A DNA stretch of 50,101 nt from Octopus bimaculoides. Its lineage: Eukaryota. The notes beneath the pieces were generated by a model. It was not told where the DNA came from. It saw only the letters and a program-made list of their open reading frames with translations, and ran no database searches. Below are positions 49,451 to 50,101 of the stretch, in pieces (position 1 is the first letter of the stretch; the number at the start of each line of letters is the position of its first letter). The stretch is taken from positions 35,873,857-35,923,957 of the forward strand of contig NC_068984.1 in the NCBI RefSeq assembly GCF_001194135.2, read 5' to 3'. Both the position numbers and the translations under genes were made by a program.

Positions 49451-50101
49451 ATTTGACATGGGCGATTCTTTCTTGTCTTGAGAATCATGGTCAAACGGGT
49501 GGGTGGAATTGCGCGACATATAACAAAGATGTGTGGAATGATCCGGTGGTGATGCTGGGCTTTGTATTTTCTCCATACCTCTCATGGTTAACGAAATAAT
49601 CTGCTCTAATGATACTCCTGTGTTTATGAATAAGAACGGAAGGTGTGATAAATGAATAGGGAAGGAAGTGGTGATGTCGTACTTGGTAGTGGAATGATGA
49701 AACTAGTATGTTCAAAAAATAAATCAAACAATGTTTTAACTCTGTGTGAATATATGAGTGTATGTAAAAGGGGGTAAGTAAATGGGTGTGTGTCCGTGTG
49801 TGCGCGCGCAATGGAAGTGGGATTTTTTTGTGAAGTCTGTCTTTGTAGTGCTTCAGTTATTGGTTTTCCAGTTTCAGATGGCATTTTTTTCCTTTAGTTT
49901 TTAGATTGTGTGTAATATTTGGCATTGAAGTAGAGGTATTTAATGTTTTTCAGTTATTATTTTTTGTTGTTTTTCGACCTTCGAAAATTAAAAAGGTTTT
50001 TTACCTATTTTTTTTTCTTTTAATTTTTGTTTTACATTTTACGTTTGTTTCTGTTGTGTTGCATCTATATATTTTGCATCTTTGCTTACTATGTGGGTTT
50101 A

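Overview
AT-rich, microsatellite-dense eukaryotic (animal) genomic DNA from a draft assembly with nine N-gaps (about 2.9 kb in total). The SINEs match my memory of octopus (coleoid cephalopod) repeat families; this is recognition, not a database search. I could not recognise any intact host protein-coding gene, rRNA, true tRNA or CRISPR array, and nearly all ORF-track entries are microsatellite, gap or chance frames. The window reads as intronic/intergenic DNA full of decayed mobile elements: four IS630-Tc1-mariner relics, seven fragments of RLE-type (R4/Dong-like) non-LTR retrotransposons (three stacked head-to-tail behind a compound trinucleotide array), one other LINE 3' end, a Penelope-like RT fragment, several tRNA-derived SINEs and three imperfect inverted-repeat (MITE/fold-back-like) structures. 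The most interesting signal is a diverged tandem repeat at 2411-3090. Each 310-370 bp unit carries a minimal type I hammerhead ribozyme motif on the minus strand at the tip of a long imperfect helix, the architecture of metazoan non-LTR retrozymes / Penelope terminal repeats. Both copies carry core or stem defects, so activity is unproven. TE boundaries are approximate and all translations were done by eye.
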